Origin: a virus
Lineage: Duplodnaviria > Caudoviricetes
Length of the DNA stretch: 61,225 bases
Direction: 5' to 3' (one strand)
IMG/VR virus record: IMGVR_UViG_3300048838_000781
Coordinates: 1 to 61,225 of that record
The position numbers were made by a program, and so were the translations under genes. Shown in pieces: positions 35,639-45,309 of the stretch (its first letter is position 1; each line of letters begins with the position of its first letter). Under the pieces are notes generated by a model that saw only the letters and a program-made list of their open reading frames with translations, ran no database searches and had not been told where the DNA came from.

Positions 35639-35973
35639 TGAGAGAAGGCTTTCGTGAGTATCCGATTCTGAACGCCGTGGACCTCGGATGCGGCGTCTAC
35701 GCCATCCCTGGTCGTCGGATCGACCCCGGCTCGATTCGCGTGTTCGAGGAAGTTCAAGGCGGCGGCATCGAGGTGCCCTGCGGGTCATGGTCCTGCACCG
35801 GCAACCCGTTCGATGGCCGCGCCGGTTTCGGGACGTTCTACGTGTATCCGAGCAACTTCGGCTCGTTTGTGGTGCTCGGCGCGATGGCACCGCTATCGAT
35901 CTGGATCGAGCTGGCGGCCCCTGAACAGCGGCCGGCCGGAGTCCCGGCGCTGCCGGTTGTGGGGGGCGCGTGA
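35635..35973 (+). CDS. Hypothetical protein
   Basis: Coupled ORF. Confidence 0.5.
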   Translation: MMREGFREYPILNAVDLGCGVYAIPGRRIDPGSIRVFEEVQGGGIEVPCGSWSCTGNPFDGRAGFGTFYVYPSNFGSFVVLGAMAPLSIWIELAAPEQRPAGVPALPVVGGA

Positions 35974-36581
35974 CCACGATCGCAGCGGCAAACCTGTACG
36001 GTCGCTACGCCATCGCGGCCGACTCGCGCCTGACGATCAGCCACAGCACGATCGTGTCCGACACCTTCGACAAGATCCGCCGGATCTCGTCCGTCAACGG
36101 CGGTCCGGCGTACTTCACATCTGCCGGTGACGCTCGACTCCTGAACCTTGCCGACAAATGCGGCTTCCAGGATGCCCCAAGCGTGGAGCTGTTCGTGAAG
36201 CAGATCCAGAGTTGGTTCACGACAGAGCAGTGGGCTCCAGCGGAAGGGATTGGGGCTCCAGGATGGGGATTCTGCGGCGTCTACATGGACCACAGCGGCG
36301 TCTGGTCCATCGACGGAACGTTCCACTTCCGGAGGCTCGCGCACGGCGAGGTGTGCGCGTTCGGATCCGGTGCGGACTTCGCTCTCGGAGCGATGGACTG
36401 GGAGCGGCAGATCAGCCCAAGCACCGATGCGGGACAGCTCGCCGAGATCGGCGTTCGTGCCGGGATTCGGCGCGACTCTGGGAGTGGCGGCGAGGTTCGA
36501 GTGATCGTCATGGACGAGAAGGGCGTCGTCGTGCACGACTGGGAAAAGGCGCGATATGCCGGATCGGAGGCAGCAGCGTGA
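35970..36581 (+). CDS. Ntn-hydrolase, proteasome-beta/HslV-like peptidase
   Basis: MTTIAA...AADSR...DKI...GSGADFALGAM...DSGSGG. Confidence 0.8.
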   Translation: MTTIAAANLYGRYAIAADSRLTISHSTIVSDTFDKIRRISSVNGGPAYFTSAGDARLLNLADKCGFQDAPSVELFVKQIQSWFTTEQWAPAEGIGAPGWGFCGVYMDHSGVWSIDGTFHFRRLAHGEVCAFGSGADFALGAMDWERQISPSTDAGQLAEIGVRAGIRRDSGSGGEVRVIVMDEKGVVVHDWEKARYAGSEAAA

Positions 36582-36805
36582 TCGTCTTCGAGAACCGCGG
36601 CCAGGCGTGGAAGCTCGACGCTGATCCTGAGACCGAGCGCCGTGTCGCCCGCGCGATGGGTTCGCCTCGTGATCGAGGGATGGTTCCGGCCGCTCCCGTA
36701 CGGTCAGCCCGGATTCTTCCTTCGTTCGCGATGATGGCCGCGCTGGCTATGGTCACACCCGCGATGGTCTTCCCAGTTGGGCCACGCTCCAAGCGGAGGC
36801 GCTGA
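36578..36805 (+). CDS. Small hypothetical protein
   Basis: GGAGG RBS, coupled ORF. Confidence 0.45.
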   Translation: MIVFENRGQAWKLDADPETERRVARAMGSPRDRGMVPAAPVRSARILPSFAMMAALAMVTPAMVFPVGPRSKRRR

Positions 36806-37257
36806 TGCCGACCGTCGTCAATCGCCACCACTACCGGGGCAAGAAGCTGCCCCAGCCGTGGATGTACATCGGGCGTGGCACACCGCTCGGCAACCCGTTC
36901 CGCTACCCGGAGCATCCGGACGCGCTCGAGCGCTACCGGTCCTGGCTCTGGTGGCGGATTCGCGAGCGCGACGACGGCGTCTTGCGGATGCTCGCCCAGA
37001 TCCGGCCAGAGACGCACCTGGTGTGCTCGTGCGCACCGCGGCCGTGCCATGGCGACATCGTCGTTCGGGCGTGGGAGTGGTGGCACCGCGCGAGGCCAGA
37101 TTCCCTCGCTGCCGAGCCGCCCTATCCGGGATGCTCGACTGTTCTCGTCACCTTGAGCGATCCCGAGCTCACGGCACACACGGTCGCCACAGAGTGCTCA
37201 CGGGAAGAGCCGCACCCAACTTCGGAGTGCGGGCTTTGGTCGGAGCCGACGCCGTGA
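36805..37257 (+). CDS. DUF4326 domain protein
   Basis: YIGRGTPLGNPF...LVCSCAPRPCHGDIV. Confidence 0.85.
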   Translation: MPTVVNRHHYRGKKLPQPWMYIGRGTPLGNPFRYPEHPDALERYRSWLWWRIRERDDGVLRMLAQIRPETHLVCSCAPRPCHGDIVVRAWEWWHRARPDSLAAEPPYPGCSTVLVTLSDPELTAHTVATECSREEPHPTSECGLWSEPTP

Positions 37258-39029
37258 CCACCGTCAACCGCCGGATCCGCGACGAGGCTCTCCGCAACGC
37301 GATCTCCCGAGAGCGCTACTCCGATGACCTCGCGCGCGAGATCCTGCTGATCCTTCGCCGCTCAGAGGTAGACCTCGAACAGCAGCTCGCAGCGCGCATC
37401 GCCAAGCTCGGTCCGGTCGACGCCCAGAACCGGGGACGAGCCACGACCGAGCGCCTGGCCGACTTCCTGGCCGCCACTCGCGAGATCAACGACAACGGGT
37501 ATCGCGACCTCGCCGCCCGTCTCGAGTCTGAGCTATTCGGCCGCGCGCGCTTCGAGGCCGTGGACGCCAAGCGCGAGATCTCCGGCGCCCTGGCCGCGGT
37601 CGATGTGCAGCTCGACCTTCGCACGCCCCCGCTCCCGGTACTCGAGGCCCTCGTCACGAGCAAACCCTTCGACGGCCGGCTGCTCTCCGAGTGGGTCGAG
37701 CGCACCCGAGACAACCGCTGGGCCGGAATCCGCGACGCGGTCGAGCGTACCGTAGGAGTAGGGCTCGCACAGGGCGAGACGGTCGACCAGATGGCTCGGC
37801 GGCTCCAGGGCGCGTTCGAGCTGTCGCGACGGGAGGCCACCTCGCTCGTGCGGACCTCGGTGGCGCACGTCGCCGCGGAATCTCGCGAGGCGATGTACCT
37901 CGCGAACGCCGACATCGTGAAGGCGATCGCGTGGGTATCGACCCTCGACACCAGGACCACGGGAGCGTGCAAGCTCAGGGACGGCAAGCTCTATGACCTC
38001 GAGACCAAGGAACCGATTGGACACGACCTGCCGTGGAACGGCGGGCCTGGCCGCCTGCACTGGCAGTGCCGCTCGACCTCCGTCCCGGTCCTCGGCACCT
38101 GGGAGGACCTCGGCCTCGACGGCAGCAAGATCGGGCCCGGAGCACGCGCTGCGATGGACGGCGAGGCCGCCGGCAACGAGGACTACGAGGCCTGGCTGCG
38201 TCGACAGCCGCTTGGGGTCAAGAAGGCAGCGCTCGGCGATGCTCGGGGACTGGCCTTCGATCGCGGCGTCTCGCTTGCTGACGCAACGAGCCTGCCGATC
38301 GCGCGGCTCCTCGCCGGCATTGGTGCGGCCGTGGAGCCTGCCTCGCTCGCCTCCATCCTGGCGGGTGGCGTGGAGGTGCCCCGGTTCTCCAAGGTTGCCG
38401 AGGCTCAGGAGTGGCTCGAAACGCGGCGGTACGCTGACAGCGTGGACATGGGGCGGATCTCGCTCCAGGTCATGCAGGACATCGCCGATGGGATCGCAGC
38501 TGTGATGTCCGCATTCGGCACTAGCGTGACCGAGATCGGCAAGATCTCCGGGACGAGGTATCGCGACAGCATGGGGGTCTACCTCTACAACCCCTACAGC
38601 CGTGAGCGGGGCAAGATCTTCCTGCGGCAGCGGCTTGACCTTGCTCGAAACAAACGAGCGGACGAGTGGATGATCAAGCAGGCGTCCAAACAGCTCGGCG
38701 ACATCGTCCCAAAGCGAGCCTTCGCGATGAGCGACTCGCGGCGCCCGGTCTTCTCCCTCGCCGCCCACGAAGCCGGACACGCGATCTACTACCAGAGCTT
38801 CGCGCATACGCTTTGGGAAGCGCGAATCAGGAAAGCGATCGACGCGGGATCCATAACGCTTCGAGATCGCGTCGCCGTGAGTCTCTACGCCAGAACGAAT
38901 CTCTCGGAGCTGTGGGCCGAGGTCACCGCCCTTGTGGCTGATGGTCGATCCAGCGAGGTTCCGGAGTCGATCCTAGGCATCTATCGCGGCGTGGTCGAGG
39001 CGGTCATGGAACAGAGGAGAATGAATTGA
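37254..39029 (+). CDS. MuF/SPP1 gp7 head morphogenesis protein with C-terminal zincin-like extension
   Basis: LVRTSVAH, WVSTLDTRTTGAC..RDG, LHWQCRST, YEAWLRRQP; C-terminal HEAGH...SLYA...ELWAE. Confidence 0.9.
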   Translation: MTTVNRRIRDEALRNAISRERYSDDLAREILLILRRSEVDLEQQLAARIAKLGPVDAQNRGRATTERLADFLAATREINDNGYRDLAARLESELFGRARFEAVDAKREISGALAAVDVQLDLRTPPLPVLEALVTSKPFDGRLLSEWVERTRDNRWAGIRDAVERTVGVGLAQGETVDQMARRLQGAFELSRREATSLVRTSVAHVAAESREAMYLANADIVKAIAWVSTLDTRTTGACKLRDGKLYDLETKEPIGHDLPWNGGPGRLHWQCRSTSVPVLGTWEDLGLDGSKIGPGARAAMDGEAAGNEDYEAWLRRQPLGVKKAALGDARGLAFDRGVSLADATSLPIARLLAGIGAAVEPASLASILAGGVEVPRFSKVAEAQEWLETRRYADSVDMGRISLQVMQDIADGIAAVMSAFGTSVTEIGKISGTRYRDSMGVYLYNPYSRERGKIFLRQRLDLARNKRADEWMIKQASKQLGDIVPKRAFAMSDSRRPVFSLAAHEAGHAIYYQSFAHTLWEARIRKAIDAGSITLRDRVAVSLYARTNLSELWAEVTALVADGRSSEVPESILGIYRGVVEAVMEQRRMN

Positions 39030-39238
39030 GCCAGTCGTACCAGTGCCTACTTTGCAAGCACTTCAACTTCGCAGGCGAGGGATGCGCCGCGTTCCCGGCC
39101 GGGATTCCAGAAGAGATCCTCTCCGGCCAATTCGACCACCGAAAGGCGTACGATGGCGACGGCGGGATTCGCTGGGAGCCTGCCGACGCGGAAGCGGCGA
39201 AATTCGCCGAAGAGCTGGACGAGGAAGGCGAGGGATGA
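39026..39238 (+). CDS. Small Cys-rich protein downstream of MuF
   Basis: CLLCKH...CAAFPAGIPEEIL.G.FDH...GDGGIRWEP. Confidence 0.75.
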   Translation: MSQSYQCLLCKHFNFAGEGCAAFPAGIPEEILSGQFDHRKAYDGDGGIRWEPADAEAAKFAEELDEEGEG

Positions 39239-39612
39239 GCGGTTTCGAGCTTGGAGCGAGTACGGACCTGATCGAACAGGCGTGGTCCGATGGGCATTGC
39301 CCCAAGCACGGCGCGTTCAGGTCATTCCCGGCCACGCAGGAATGCCACTGGTGCCGGTGCGAAGCTCAAGCAAGACTGCTCAGCAGCGCTCCGACTCCCA
39401 AGCGCCTGCGGATGTTCCAGGAGGTCACCGAGCTGTATCGGCAGCGCGATCTACTGCGGCCGTTCATGACGGCAGAGCAGTTCACCATGATCGGACACAT
39501 CCTCGCTGCAGCTCGACGTAGACATCCGGCCCCAGGATCCGACCGGACTAAGCGCCTGCGAAAGAAGCGCGCGAAGAGCCAGTGCGGCGCGGTAACGGAG
39601 ATCCCACGATGA
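39235..39612 (+). CDS. Hypothetical Zn-binding protein
   Basis: CPKHG...CHWC. Confidence 0.5.
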   Translation: MSGFELGASTDLIEQAWSDGHCPKHGAFRSFPATQECHWCRCEAQARLLSSAPTPKRLRMFQEVTELYRQRDLLRPFMTAEQFTMIGHILAAARRRHPAPGSDRTKRLRKKRAKSQCGAVTEIPR

Positions 39613-40052
39613 ACATCGCCCAGACCCGCGAGACGATCGAGCGCCTCCACGCGATGCTCGAAGGCGCGCCTCCCGAGGTGCGAGACAAGCTCGTCGCCTC
39701 CCTCAATCAGCTCGGCGACGTGCTCAAGGCCGTCGAGGTGATCAACCGCGCGAAGCCGGCGGCCGGGGCCCAAGCAGCAGCGCAGGCGGCAATGCTCGCT
39801 CCACCCGACCTCGAGTGGAAGGTGCGCGCGATCGCTCACGTCGCCTCAGAGGCGCTCAAGCTGAGCGGCGAGCTCGACCGCGTGATCCTCGAAGTGATCG
39901 CCCGCCGGCCGCGAGGGCAGCGTCAGATGCAGCGCGACATCGACGCCCTGCGCTCCGCCTGGGAGGAGAACTTCGGCAAGCGTCGGGCGTGCATCGAGGT
40001 GCTCGACGGGATCGTCAAGGCGCGGACGCCCGCGGATATTCGGGGGATCTAG
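39609..40052 (+). CDS. Hypothetical helical protein
   Basis: Coupled ORF, GGAG RBS. Confidence 0.6.
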   Translation: MNIAQTRETIERLHAMLEGAPPEVRDKLVASLNQLGDVLKAVEVINRAKPAAGAQAAAQAAMLAPPDLEWKVRAIAHVASEALKLSGELDRVILEVIARRPRGQRQMQRDIDALRSAWEENFGKRRACIEVLDGIVKARTPADIRGI

Positions 40053-40270
40053 TCGGCTATCAAGACTAGATCGTTAGCCGCCTGGGGGAAACATCTCTTC
40101 CACCAGTCCATCACGAATACAGTTCGATGGCCTTCGATCGGAGAGAATTCGTCCCCTTCGAGGAGGGCGTCGAGTTCTTTTGGCACTAGGTCGGGCCGAT
40201 CCTCGTGGAAGGCCACCAGAGTGTTCCATCCCGCTTCAGCGTTGTCCATCTTCATCGTCAGTTTAGGCAT
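40049..40270 (-). CDS. Small opposite-strand hypothetical protein (moron-like)
   Basis: AAGGAG RBS, AT-richer context. Confidence 0.55.
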   Translation of the reverse strand: MPKLTMKMDNAEAGWNTLVAFHEDRPDLVPKELDALLEGDEFSPIEGHRTVFVMDWWKRCFPQAANDLVLIAD

Positions 40271-40460
40271 GATTCGCTCCTTTGTTGTGCCGAAAGGAAT
40301 CGTACCACCCTTCGCGCAAACGCCTGAATTTGCTATCTATCGACTACCATCGGCGTTCCCCAACTTACCGACCCCTTCCCCCGCTGACCTTGCCCCGCTA
40401 CCGTCCGCCGCATGGCGGTCGTAGTGCCCCACCTCGGTAGCAGCTACCCAGTCCAGAGAG

Positions 40461-40532
40461 GGCGGGATGCCCTCGGCGTCGGCGGGATGCCGGCGGGTTC
40501 CAATCTGTGTGTCCACCGTGCGGCGGGATGCC
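40461..40532 (+). repeat. 3x GGCGGGATGCC in the scaffold gene leader
   Basis: Copies at 40461, 40481, 40522. Confidence 0.85.
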
Positions 40533-40551
40533 AATCGGAAGGGAGATCCAC

Positions 40552-41292
40552 GTGAAGAAGCTCCGTCATTCCTACGATTCCAAGGACGCGATCCCGGTCG
40601 AGGTCCTCGACTTCTACGTCGAGAAGAACGGCAAGTGGTTGCTGCAGTCCGAGGATTCCGACGCTGCCCTCGGCACCCTCGAGAAAGAGCGCGAACGCCG
40701 CACTCAGATCGAAAAGGAACTCGCCGAGCTGCGCAAGAAGGCCGATGCCCTCAAGGACATCGACCCCGAGCGCTACCAGAAGCTCGTCGAACTCGAAGAG
40801 CGACTCGACCGCGAGAAGGCCGAGTCCAAGGGCAACTACGAAAAGCTCCTCGAGATCGAGCGTGGCAAGTGGGAAAAGGAAAAGGCGAAGCTGCTGGAAG
40901 ATCTCAAGGGGTCCGACAGCTACATCGAGAAGCTTCTCGTGGATCAAGCCATCGGCAGCAAACTTGCCAAGGTCAAGCCCGCCTTCCGCGACGCGGCGAT
41001 CGCTCTCCTTCGGGAGCAGTACAAGCCGACCGTCGTGAAGGACGGCAACGATCGCAAGCCAATTGCCACGGTGGACGGAGCACAGGTCGAACTCGCAACA
41101 GCGCTGGACGGATGGTTGTCCGGGGACATCGCAAAGGAGTTTCTCCTTGCCGAGTCCAACGCTGGCGGTGGCAACACCCCCGGCCGTCCCGGTATCCCGG
41201 CCCCCGCGGCCGGGAAGCTCTCGCCGGAGCAGGCCGCAAGTCTGTCGCCCGCCGACTACGCCAAGGCTCGCAAGGAGGGACGCATCGGATAA
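40552..41292 (+). CDS. Capsid scaffolding protein
   Basis: Charged coiled coil, KDIDPERY, GGG near C-terminus; upstream of capsid. Confidence 0.85.
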   Translation: MKKLRHSYDSKDAIPVEVLDFYVEKNGKWLLQSEDSDAALGTLEKERERRTQIEKELAELRKKADALKDIDPERYQKLVELEERLDREKAESKGNYEKLLEIERGKWEKEKAKLLEDLKGSDSYIEKLLVDQAIGSKLAKVKPAFRDAAIALLREQYKPTVVKDGNDRKPIATVDGAQVELATALDGWLSGDIAKEFLLAESNAGGGNTPGRPGIPAPAAGKLSPEQAASLSPADYAKARKEGRIG

Positions 41293-41329
41293 CCCGATTC
41301 CGGCGCGGTAGGCCGCGCGGGAGGTCCCA

Positions 41330-42451
41330 ATGGCAAACACTTTCCTGACTCCCTCGATCATCGGCCGAGAAGCGCTGATGATCCTCGAGAACAACCTCGT
41401 CGCGGCCAACCTCGTTCACCGTGATCACCAGTCCGAGTTCACCGGCGCCAAGGTCGGCGACACCATCACCGTTCGTGGCCCGGCGACCTTTGTAGCCAAG
41501 GAATTCACCTCGACCGTCGACGTTCAGAACGCCACCGAGTCGAGCGTCTCGCTCACCCTCGAGAAGCACTTCGACGTGACCGTCGCCGTGACCTCCAAGG
41601 ACTGGACTCTCGAGCTTCAGGACTTTTCCCGGCAAATCGTCGCTCCGGCGATGAGTGCCATCGCGGAGGGCGTGGACGGGTATCTGCTCAGCAAGTACCT
41701 CCAGGTCCACCAGTTCAGCGGCACCGCTGGTGATCCGCCGGACACCGTCGGCGATCTGGCGGCTGTGGAGAAGGTGCTCAACGACGCCCGCGTTCCAATG
41801 TCTGGCCGGTTCGCGCTGGTCAACCCGACGGCCAAGGCCGACATGATGTCGATCGAGGCGGTGCATCGCGCCGATGCTCGCGGCGACGACGGGACCGCCC
41901 TGCGCGACGCCTCGATGGGTCGCATCATGGGCATCGACTGGTACATGGCGCAGGGAATCAAGTCCCACACCACCGGCACCCTCGGGGGCACCCCCAACGT
42001 CAACGGAGCCGTCGCCGAAGGCGCCACCACGATGAACATCGAAGCTGGCGTTGGCACTGGCACGATCGTCGAAGGCGACATTTTCACGGTGGCGGGCGCT
42101 CCTGGTCAGTACCGGTTCACTGCAACCGCCGCCGCCACCGATGGCGCGATCACCGGAGCGACCTTCTATCCTCCGGCTCCGGCCGGTGGCTTCGAGAACG
42201 ACGCCGACATCACCATCATCGCCTCGCACACCGCCAACCTGGCGGGGCACCGCAACGGCCTGACCCTCGCTGTCGTGCCGCTCGAAGTGCCGATGGGGGC
42301 GGCCCGCTCCGAGTACGTCAACTACAACGGCCTCGGCATCCGGGTCGTCTACGACTACTCGGCGACGAACAAGACCGACACGATCAGCTTCGACGTGCTC
42401 TGCGGCGCGAAGGTCCAGGACCCTCGCCTCCTCTGCCGCATCCTCGGTTGA
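41330..42451 (+). CDS. Major capsid protein (P22 coat-like)
   Basis: MANTFLTPSIIGREALMILENNL...GDTITVR...SFDVLCG. Confidence 0.92.
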   Translation: MANTFLTPSIIGREALMILENNLVAANLVHRDHQSEFTGAKVGDTITVRGPATFVAKEFTSTVDVQNATESSVSLTLEKHFDVTVAVTSKDWTLELQDFSRQIVAPAMSAIAEGVDGYLLSKYLQVHQFSGTAGDPPDTVGDLAAVEKVLNDARVPMSGRFALVNPTAKADMMSIEAVHRADARGDDGTALRDASMGRIMGIDWYMAQGIKSHTTGTLGGTPNVNGAVAEGATTMNIEAGVGTGTIVEGDIFTVAGAPGQYRFTATAAATDGAITGATFYPPAPAGGFENDADITIIASHTANLAGHRNGLTLAVVPLEVPMGAARSEYVNYNGLGIRVVYDYSATNKTDTISFDVLCGAKVQDPRLLCRILG

Positions 42452-42460
42452 GCCTTCTTC

Positions 42461-42504
42461 GCCTCCGGGGTCGAACGTAGAGCGTCTGCGACGACCCCGG
42501 AGGC
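42461..42504 (+). terminator. Stem-loop after the capsid gene
   Basis: 13-bp inverted repeat GCCTCCGGGGTCG/CGACCCCGGAGGC; weak U-tail. Confidence 0.5.
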
Positions 42505-42528
42505 TTACACCTGCCCAAAGGGGACATC

Positions 42529-42792
42529 ATGAAGCGGAGCATTTGGCTGTACAACGCCGACGGAGAGCGATGCCTCGTCGACGTTGGCACAGAGCGCGAA
42601 ACCGTGCGGCGAGCCATGGGCTACCTGCCGCTCGAAGAGCGAGAAGCCCTCGACGCCCAGGAGAATTTGGGCGAAAACGAAGACGATGACGCGGGCGCCG
42701 GGGCGGGTTCGACTCCCTCGCCCGCAACCACCCCCAAGAAGAAGCCGGGCCCGAAGCCGAAGGCCAAGCCGGCGGCCGAGGGAGGTGCGTGA
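42529..42792 (+). CDS. Small head-region protein
   Basis: RBS; Lys/Pro-rich tail. Confidence 0.6.
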   Translation: MKRSIWLYNADGERCLVDVGTERETVRRAMGYLPLEEREALDAQENLGENEDDDAGAGAGSTPSPATTPKKKPGPKPKAKPAAEGGA

Positions 42793-43085
42793 TGCCTTGG
42801 GTCACCGACTCCCGCCGGCCCGCCCTGGGCGTGCACCAGATCCCCGACTGCGACTTCGACCCGCGGCGCCACACTCGGGCGAAGCCACCCAAGGGCCGCG
42901 AGAAGGAGGCCGCTCCGGTGGCAGGCACCGGTGCGCCCGAGATCTCGATCCAGGAGCACGAGGAAGCCGCCGCTCAGGCCGAGGCTGCCCCGAAGCCCAA
43001 GCGCAAGGCGAAGGGCAAGAAGCCCGCCGTCGCTCCGGCGGATCCGGAATCCACCGACGCGGAGGCACCGGCTACCGCCGAGTGA
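42792..43085 (+). CDS. Small head-region protein
   Basis: DFDPRRH motif; low-complexity tail. Confidence 0.55.
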   Translation: MPWVTDSRRPALGVHQIPDCDFDPRRHTRAKPPKGREKEAAPVAGTGAPEISIQEHEEAAAQAEAAPKPKRKAKGKKPAVAPADPESTDAEAPATAE

Positions 43086-43093
43086 CCTGATCC

Positions 43094-43627
43094 GTGGCGA
43101 CTCCCGACCTCATCGTGCAGTCCGGCTCGTCCGTCGTGGCGGGCGCGGACTCGTACGTCTCGATCGCCGAGGCGGCCGAGTTCCTCGAGTCCATCGGGGG
43201 CGGTCGCCTCGCGTCGTGGGAGGCCGACGACGCCGATACGGAGAAGCGGAAAGCCGCGCTCCGCGAAGCGACGCAGTGGGCGGACAACCGGTACGACTGG
43301 GTCGGCGAGATCTCGACGCTCGAGGAGGGCCGGCTGCGCTGGCCCCGCCTTGGCGTCTACAGCCGCGACGGTGTCCTCGTCACGGGTACTCCGATCGGCC
43401 TTCGTCGATTCGTCACCCTCGTGGCGCTCGAGATCCGCACCGCGGGGATCGAGACTGAGGCCGCGGCTCAGACCCTCGTCGTCAAGCGAGAAAGGGTCGG
43501 GCCGCTCGAAACCGAGTACTGGGAGCCTTCGCGGGAGACGCAGGCTCGCGTCTATCAGCTCGCCGGCCGCTACCTCGCGGGCCTGGTCGAGCCTCAGCGG
43601 ATGAGCCGACGGATGGTGCCCCGATGA
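43094..43627 (+). CDS. Head-tail adaptor (DnaT-like family)
   Basis: GADSYVSIAEA...ALREAT...LRWPR...RERVGPLETEY. Confidence 0.85.
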   Translation: MATPDLIVQSGSSVVAGADSYVSIAEAAEFLESIGGGRLASWEADDADTEKRKAALREATQWADNRYDWVGEISTLEEGRLRWPRLGVYSRDGVLVTGTPIGLRRFVTLVALEIRTAGIETEAAAQTLVVKRERVGPLETEYWEPSRETQARVYQLAGRYLAGLVEPQRMSRRMVPR

Positions 43628-44034
43628 GCACCGCAGCCGTACTCGCCAAAGCGGATCGAGCTGCCGCTCAGATCCAGGCCAACGGGTCGCCGATCCTCCT
43701 GCGGCACGACGGCCGCACAGTCAACCCGGCCACCGGGGCGCTCTCCGGCGCGAGCTCGCCCACGGACTACCAGGTCCGCGGGCTGGTCCAGGCACTCACG
43801 GTGCGATCCGGTGGGGCAGTGCAGGCCGGGGACGTGCTGATCACTGTCGGAGCGCGGGACCTGCCGAGCCGGCCGGTGCCTGGCGCGTGGGTCGTTTTCG
43901 TCGGCGGCTCTGACCCCGAGGCCTGGCCGGTTCCCGGCGCTGCAGGCGTCGAGCAGCTCGCAATCGTTGACTCCTCGGACGCGATCCAGCAGCTCGGGGT
44001 CTCGTTCCTCTACTCGCTGCACTGCCGGAGGTGA
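43624..44034 (+). CDS. Head closure protein
   Basis: Position; NPATG...VQAGDVLI. Confidence 0.7.
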   Translation: MSTAAVLAKADRAAAQIQANGSPILLRHDGRTVNPATGALSGASSPTDYQVRGLVQALTVRSGGAVQAGDVLITVGARDLPSRPVPGAWVVFVGGSDPEAWPVPGAAGVEQLAIVDSSDAIQQLGVSFLYSLHCRR

Positions 44035-44570
44035 CGGTGGCTCAAGCACTGCCATTCAGCGAGTGGAAGCGACAGGTCGAGCGAGTCGCAGCCAAGGTTC
44101 CGATGGAGCGGGTGACACAGCTGCAGCGTCAGCTTGTGTTCCTCGCCCTGGGCGCGGCGATCGTCATGCCGAACGGTGGGCTCGCCCGCGTCACCGGCGT
44201 GATCGCGCGCACTCCGGTCGACACCGGCCGCGCACGCGCCTCCTGGATCGTGACCGTTGGCGGCAGATCGCCGCACAACCGCAGCGTGCCGGCCGAGGGT
44301 AGCTACGCCGAGCTCAAAAGCCACAACGGCGCCGTCGCGCATGGCACCGCGGCGGCCGGACAAGCGCTCGCGGGCCTCCAGCCAGGCCAGACGGTGTGGA
44401 TCTCGAGCGCTCTGCCCTACATCCTCGTGCTGGAGTTCGGCGGGTATCCGAACCCTCCCAAGGGCGGCGCCGGCAAGTCCGTCGGCGGATTCTCGCGGCA
44501 GGCACCCCGAGGCATGGTCCGGGTCACCTTCGAGGAGCTGACGCGGATCCTCCAGGAGGCCTTGCCATGA
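44031..44570 (+). CDS. HK97 gp10-like neck protein
   Basis: TPVDTGRARASW...LPYILVLEFG...SRQAPRGMVRVT. Confidence 0.9.
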   Translation: MTVAQALPFSEWKRQVERVAAKVPMERVTQLQRQLVFLALGAAIVMPNGGLARVTGVIARTPVDTGRARASWIVTVGGRSPHNRSVPAEGSYAELKSHNGAVAHGTAAAGQALAGLQPGQTVWISSALPYILVLEFGGYPNPPKGGAGKSVGGFSRQAPRGMVRVTFEELTRILQEALP

Positions 44571-44956
44571 GCTGGGCTTCGACTGTCGCCGCGATCCGTG
44601 GCCACTTCGTGAGCACGTTCACCGCACTTCCCGTGATCGCCGAGAACGGCTCCTCCACGCCGCCGGCGTCCGGGTTCGTGATCCTGTCGCCGCTTTCGGC
44701 AGAGCGCCAGCAAATGACTCTCGGCCGCGACACGGCGCACTACCTGACGCCCGTCCTGCTCGAGGTCGAGGTCTACGTGCCGATCGGCACCGGTACGGCA
44801 CTCGTCGACTCCGTGGGCGATGCGGTCGAGATCGCTTGGAGCACGGCCAACGTCACCGGACTCAAGGTTTACGAGACCCAGCGCCCTGTCTACCTCGGCG
44901 AGCAGGGCGGCTGGTATCGCGCCAACGTGACCACGCGCGCAGCGGTGGAGGACTGA
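44567..44956 (+). CDS. Tail terminator-like protein
   Basis: AENG...VYVPIGTGT...GWYRANV; position. Confidence 0.75.
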   Translation: MSWASTVAAIRGHFVSTFTALPVIAENGSSTPPASGFVILSPLSAERQQMTLGRDTAHYLTPVLLEVEVYVPIGTGTALVDSVGDAVEIAWSTANVTGLKVYETQRPVYLGEQGGWYRANVTTRAAVED

Positions 44957-44958
44957 CC

Positions 44959-45309
44959 ATGGCCGAGAACGATCAAGTCACCCTCGCCGAGATCCGCATC
45001 GGCTTGCGAGCGATCGAGGCGCAGCTCTCGAAGCTCGAGGCAAAGCTCGATGACGATCTCGAGCCCATCGTTCGGGCCCGTGCCGCGGACCGCCTCGAAG
45101 TCGACGGGATCAAGCGCGACGTCGCGGCATCGCACGACAAGCACCGCTCGCACCACGAGAGCTTCCAGCAGGTCAACAAGCGGATCGACCGCGTCGAGCA
45201 GCGCCACCGGTCGATCGCCTGGGCCCTCTTCGGAGCGCTCTTCGCAGCCGAGGCCCTACTCCGCGGGTTGCCCAACGGCTACCTGCTCAAGCTGTTTGGA
45301 GGTCCCTGA
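44959..45309 (+). CDS. Coiled-coil protein with C-terminal TM (holin/antiholin-like)
   Basis: Heptads followed by IAWALFGALFAAEALL. Confidence 0.55.
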   Translation: MAENDQVTLAEIRIGLRAIEAQLSKLEAKLDDDLEPIVRARAADRLEVDGIKRDVAASHDKHRSHHESFQQVNKRIDRVEQRHRSIAWALFGALFAAEALLRGLPNGYLLKLFGGP

